DNA of 38,559 bases from Nitrospiria bacterium (GTDB lineage: Bacteria; Nitrospirota; Nitrospiria; JACQBZ01), in the NCBI GenBank assembly GCA_919901335.1, contig CAKKOZ010000116.1, positions 1 to 38,559 of the forward strand, read 5' to 3'. Each line of letters begins with the position of its first letter. The stretch's first letter is position 1. Positions 35,448-38,559 of this stretch are shown piece by piece. The notes below the pieces were generated by a model. It was not told the DNA's origin, ran no database searches, and was given only the letters and a program-made list of their open reading frames with translations. A program made the position numbers and the translations under genes.

Positions 35448-35570
35448 AGGCTGCTCAAAAAGCTCCAGATGCGAGGCCGCAGGGACCGAGGAGACCGCAG
35501 CGTACTTATGATGGTACGTGAGGATCTCCGAGGGACCGAGAACGAAGCAGATGGACTTTTTCAGCAGCCT
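35448..35570. other. 123-nt intergenic element bounded by 15-nt inverted repeats (structured RNA or MITE-like)
   Basis: AGGCTGCTCAAAAAG (35448-35462) pairs with CTTTTTCAGCAGCCT (35556-35570) at 14 of 15 positions. Inside, AGGGACCGAG occurs twice exactly 50 nt apart (35481-35490 and 35531-35540). There is also a central hairpin CGTAC-N8-GTACG. Confidence 0.6.
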
Positions 35571-35571
35571 G

Positions 35572-36108
35572 CTAGGCCTGTTCGGAATTGAGATGGCGAA
35601 TTCCCCGATAGATGTAATGCAGTCCGGAAAGAATCGTCAGCCCGATCGTCGCCACAAGAAACGGGAAGAGGCCGACCGTGCTGCCCTGGGTCGTCCCAAC
35701 CACCAGAACCATCGTCACGTAGATCAGCTGAACCGCCGTCGTGCTTTTCCCGAGGAATGTAGGTGAAATCTCCTGATGGGTTTGGGTCAGGTGCAGGATC
35801 AACGCGCCTAGGATCAAGATCAGATCCCGACTGACCACAATCACGGCGCTCCAGATCGGAATGATTTGAAGAATCGCCAGCGTCAGGAAGGAAGCCGTCA
35901 GCAGCAATTTATCCGCCATGGGATCGAGATAGGTCCCCAGCCTCGTTCTCTGGTTGGCGAGTCGTGCAATCAGACCGTCCAGGCTGTCCGTCAGGCCGGC
36001 CGCAACGAAAACGGTCAAGGCCCACCCATGGTAACCGTAAATCAAAAGATCAATAAAAACCGGAATCAGAAGGATGCGAAGAATGGTGAGTAAATTAGGA
36101 AGGTTCAT
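35572..36108 (-). CDS. pgsA: CDP-diacylglycerol--glycerol-3-phosphate 3-phosphatidyltransferase
   Basis: MNLPNLLTILRILLIPVF and the CDP-alcohol phosphatidyltransferase signature DSLDGLIARLANQRTRLGTYLDPMADK. I prefer ATG 36108 over the track TTG start at 36114. Confidence 0.85.
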   Translation of the reverse strand: MNLPNLLTILRILLIPVFIDLLIYGYHGWALTVFVAAGLTDSLDGLIARLANQRTRLGTYLDPMADKLLLTASFLTLAILQIIPIWSAVIVVSRDLILILGALILHLTQTHQEISPTFLGKSTTAVQLIYVTMVLVVGTTQGSTVGLFPFLVATIGLTILSGLHYIYRGIRHLNSEQA

Positions 36109-36143
36109 CCTCAAAGACCATGTATATCGGGCTGCATGGTTGG

Positions 36144-36172
36144 ATTATAAGAAACTGCCGATGGATTGTCAA
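36144..36172 (-). promoter_or_regulatory. Consensus sigma70 promoter for pgsA
   Basis: On the minus strand: TTGACA (36172..36167), 17-nt spacer, TATAAT (36149..36144). Both hexamers are perfect. It lies about 36 nt upstream of the pgsA ATG. Confidence 0.65.
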
Positions 36173-36211
36173 ACCCTCGAACCGGCAGCGGCTCAAGCAA
36201 GAAAAAAAATG

Positions 36212-36240
36212 TTGATTGCTTCGGATGAACCCGCTATAAT
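36212..36240 (+). promoter_or_regulatory. Near-consensus sigma70 promoter for the 103-aa ORF / GAF-protein unit
   Basis: TTGATT (36212-36217), 17-nt spacer, TATAAT (36235-36240). An A8 tract (UP-element-like) precedes it. An ACGGAG SD lies 8 nt before ATG 36265. Confidence 0.65.
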
Positions 36241-36264
36241 TTCCCCCGTCACGGAGTATGCCGG

Positions 36265-36576
36265 ATGCAGCGAATCGTTGAACGACATCAGATTGAGGGA
36301 CAAGACGAGCGACAACGCGTCTTCAATCGCCTCGTGGATATCCTGCGCGTCGAAAAAGGGTACACGGCGATTTTCCATTACGAAGGGCTCACCTTTGAGA
36401 CGGAGTCCGCGCGAACCGTCGAAGAAACGATTCGGAGTTTGATTTTAAAACTGCACAAAGCCGGCTGCTCGAATCTTCGCACCCGCCTTAATTTTCGAGG
36501 ACCGCGTTATCTGGCGGAGCGCGAACCGTGGGCGAACTATTCCGACAGCGCGCTTCACGAAGCCGGTCGCACGTAG
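36265..36576 (+). CDS. Hypothetical protein (103 aa)
   Basis: ORF track. Its reality is supported by a dedicated promoter and SD, and by a natural composition. No family recognised. Confidence 0.6.
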   Translation: MQRIVERHQIEGQDERQRVFNRLVDILRVEKGYTAIFHYEGLTFETESARTVEETIRSLILKLHKAGCSNLRTRLNFRGPRYLAEREPWANYSDSALHEAGRT

Positions 36577-36591
36577 CCGCTCGATCACCGT

Positions 36592-37422
36592 TTGCTTCAC
36601 GATCAAGCGGGTTCACACGACAATCAACCCGATCTACGGATGGCCATGGACCCCTCCAATAAAATACTCCCGGTTGATAAAAAACGATGGGAGCTCTGGG
36701 GCATCTCCTTTTTTCTGCTTCTCTCCTCGGCCGGGACCGTCATCGCCTTCGGCATGATTTCGGATCAGCCTCCGGTGATGATCGCCTTTCTCGGCATCTT
36801 CTTCCTGCTCTTCTGCGCCTACATCATTGACAGCGAGTTCAAACTTCAAAGAATCCAGAAGCAATTGCGCGATGAACAGTTTAAAGTCTTGGAGGAAGAG
36901 GTCAAGATATCGGCGCTTCAAACACGCCTGAAGGAATTGACGGCGTTGCAGAAAGCAATGACGGCGATCGGGATGGAGACGCAACCCGAGAAGGCCCTCG
37001 ATACGATCCTGGGGGCCGCGCTGGAGTTTTTTGCGGCCGACCAGGGTTCCATCATGCTGGTGGATGAGTCCTCCCAAACACTCATCATCGCCTGCAGCGT
37101 TGGCATCAAGCCGGAATACACGGCCCAAAACCGCCCCAAGGTCGGAGAAGGCGCTGCGGGATATGTCGCCCAAACCGGCGAAGCCCTGCTCCTTCCTCCC
37201 AAAACCAATCAATACAAGAACGTCGAGACCAAATCGACCGAACTCTTCTCCGGGATCTGCGCCCCGCTGCGAAGCCGGAACAAGATCATCGGGATCATCA
37301 ACTATTCCATCGTGGACCCCAAAAAACGTCTCTTTACGGAATACGACCTCAAGCTCCTGATTATTTTTGCACAGTACGCGACGTTGGTTATGGATGCCGC
37401 CGGCGCCGCGCGGTTAAGATAG
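36592..37422 (+). CDS. Membrane-anchored GAF-domain protein
   Basis: Two TM helices (WGISFFLLLSSAGTVIAFGMI, VMIAFLGIFFLLFCAYII), a coiled coil, then a GAF-like C-terminus (..ADQGSIMLVDESSQTLIIACSVG..GEGAAGYVAQTGEALLL..APLRSRNKIIGIINY). The start is uncertain: TTG 36592 or ATG about 36640. Confidence 0.75.
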   Translation: MLHDQAGSHDNQPDLRMAMDPSNKILPVDKKRWELWGISFFLLLSSAGTVIAFGMISDQPPVMIAFLGIFFLLFCAYIIDSEFKLQRIQKQLRDEQFKVLEEEVKISALQTRLKELTALQKAMTAIGMETQPEKALDTILGAALEFFAADQGSIMLVDESSQTLIIACSVGIKPEYTAQNRPKVGEGAAGYVAQTGEALLLPPKTNQYKNVETKSTELFSGICAPLRSRNKIIGIINYSIVDPKKRLFTEYDLKLLIIFAQYATLVMDAAGAARLR

Positions 37423-37442
37423 ATCCGGGTCGTCGCCTTAAA

Positions 37443-38447
37443 CTAACGTTTAAACTGCCTGACCCAGAACATTCCGCCGTCCACGGTGTAGAGGATCGTC
37501 CCGTTATCGCCGACGGCCCAGCCGGTCTTGTCGTTGATAAAATAGACGCTTCTCAAGATTGCACCCGTCCGGGTCGGTCGAGCCAGCCAGAACATTCCGC
37601 CGTTGGTGGTCTGAAGAATGATACCGTCCTCGCCCGCGACCCAGCCGAAGCCCGCGCCGTAGAACTTGATGTCGGTCAATATCCCCGTGGCGGTCGTTTG
37701 GGGTCCACGGAGCCATGAGACGCCCTCGTTCGTCGTCTTCAGAAAGACTCCGCCATCCCCCACCACCCAGACGGCATTACCGGCTCCGTTAACGGCATTC
37801 AGACTGCGGGTCGTTCCGCTGAGCTGGGAGATCCAGAGGGCTCCGCGGGTTCCGGAATTGGTGTAGAAAATAAGGCCGTCATCGCCGACGATCCAGCCGT
37901 GGTCGCCATCCCGGAAAAAAACATCGCGGAGATGGCGGTTCCCGGATCCGATCTGGGTCACCCAGGAAAATCCGCCGTTGGGGGTGTGAAGAATCGTCCC
38001 GTTGTCGCCCACCACCCAGCCGACGTTTGCATCGTTCTTCTGGAAGAAAACGCCGTTCAACCGATTCGAGGTGCCGCTGGCCTGCCGCATCCAGCCCAGC
38101 CCGGAATTGATGGTCTGTAAGATGGTCCCGCCGTCCCCCACCGCCCATCCGGTGTTCGCATCCACAAACCGGATGGCTCTTAAATCCTGGGTCGTCCCGC
38201 TCGGCTCGGAGAACCAACTCGCGCCGCCGTTTCGCGTGTGGAGAAGCGTGCCGCTGTTCCCGACGATCCACCCCTCGCCGGCATTGATGAAGTAAACATC
38301 GTTCAACGACTCGGTAAAGGCATTTTCCACCGCGCCTTCCTGGAGGGTCTCCCCTGGACCGGCGCAGGCAGTGATCGCCAGTTGAGCCGCGATGATCAAG
38401 CCGGACAACCTGCCCAGCCGAGCCAAAAACCCGTCGGATCGCTTCAT
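37443..38447 (-). CDS. Ycf48/BNR-like seven-bladed beta-propeller lipoprotein
   Basis: Lipobox LAITAC. Seven repeats of the type GWxVGDxGTILxTxNGGxSW. Confidence 0.8.
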   Translation of the reverse strand: MKRSDGFLARLGRLSGLIIAAQLAITACAGPGETLQEGAVENAFTESLNDVYFINAGEGWIVGNSGTLLHTRNGGASWFSEPSGTTQDLRAIRFVDANTGWAVGDGGTILQTINSGLGWMRQASGTSNRLNGVFFQKNDANVGWVVGDNGTILHTPNGGFSWVTQIGSGNRHLRDVFFRDGDHGWIVGDDGLIFYTNSGTRGALWISQLSGTTRSLNAVNGAGNAVWVVGDGGVFLKTTNEGVSWLRGPQTTATGILTDIKFYGAGFGWVAGEDGIILQTTNGGMFWLARPTRTGAILRSVYFINDKTGWAVGDNGTILYTVDGGMFWVRQFKR

Positions 38448-38488
38448 GGTCCATCCCCTTTTTATGTTAAGAATTCCCCGATGCCGTT

Positions 38489-38559
38489 TTAATGAACCGC
38501 GGACTCAAGCAGCGTCACGGCGGCCGTGTTTCCGTCAATCTGAACCGGGACACCCAGCG
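38489..38559 (-). CDS. 3' end of an unidentified upstream gene (22 codons visible)
   Basis: The minus frame reads ..LGVPVQIDGNTAAVTLLESAVH then TAA at 38491..38489, 41 nt upstream of the propeller gene, which has its own AGGGGA SD. A plus-strand ATG at 38492 is also open, so the strand call is tentative. Confidence 0.3.
   Translation of the reverse strand, partial: LGVPVQIDGNTAAVTLLESAVH

Noticed and set aside
36074-36442. 122-aa plus-strand ORF spanning the pgsA start and both promoters
   Set aside because: It overlaps the pgsA 5' end and the intergenic promoter region. It is out of frame with the promoter- and SD-supported ORF at 36265.
1-38559. Scan for CRISPR arrays, IS elements, transposases, integrases, toxin-antitoxin pairs and known defence genes
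   Set aside because: No regularly spaced direct repeats and no recognisable transposase, integrase or defence-protein motifs appear in any frame. The SNase-like nuclease has a signal or anchor sequence and a housekeeping context, so I do not treat it as a defence system.

Overview
GC-rich bacterial chromosomal window. It is almost fully coding and is transcribed almost entirely from the minus strand. There are three blocks. (i) 1-14.7 kb holds a complete-looking but non-canonically ordered type II secretion (gsp) cluster. Reading 5'->3' on the minus strand it runs gspC-D-E-F-G-H-I-J-N-L-M, then an opposite-strand acidic lipoprotein gene, then gspK, a small secreted protein, and an open-ended lipoprotein HExxH metalloprotease. 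The metalloprotease is absent from the supplied ORF track because it has no stop inside the window. (ii) 14.8-27.2 kb is mostly housekeeping: an ABC1/UbiB-family kinase, small HEAT, coiled-coil and Lys-rich ORFs, rlpA, an SNase-like nuclease, a PilZ protein, rpsF-ssb-rpsR, ychF, membrane pyrophosphatase hppA, pth, rplY(ctc), prs, tRNA-Gln(UUG) and ispE. (iii) 27.3-38.5 kb holds a type IVa pilus core pilB-pilT-pilC-pilS-pilR with no pilin gene. It is flanked by aroE, pgsA, a back-to-back pair of near-consensus sigma70 promoters, an unknown 103-aa protein plus a membrane GAF protein, and a 7-blade Ycf48-like propeller lipoprotein. I found no CRISPR array, IS element, transposase, integrase or recognisable defence gene. 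I do not see a clear-cut new multi-gene system. The best candidates for a second look are: the T2SS-linked lipoprotein protease with its coupled secreted partner; the antisense-embedded lipoprotein gene that splits gspK from the rest of the gsp operon; a small family of GC-rich intergenic palindromes at operon junctions; a 123-nt inverted-repeat-bounded element between pgsA and aroE; and ispE reading 21 nt into tRNA-Gln. All family assignments are from motif recognition by eye. No searches were run.
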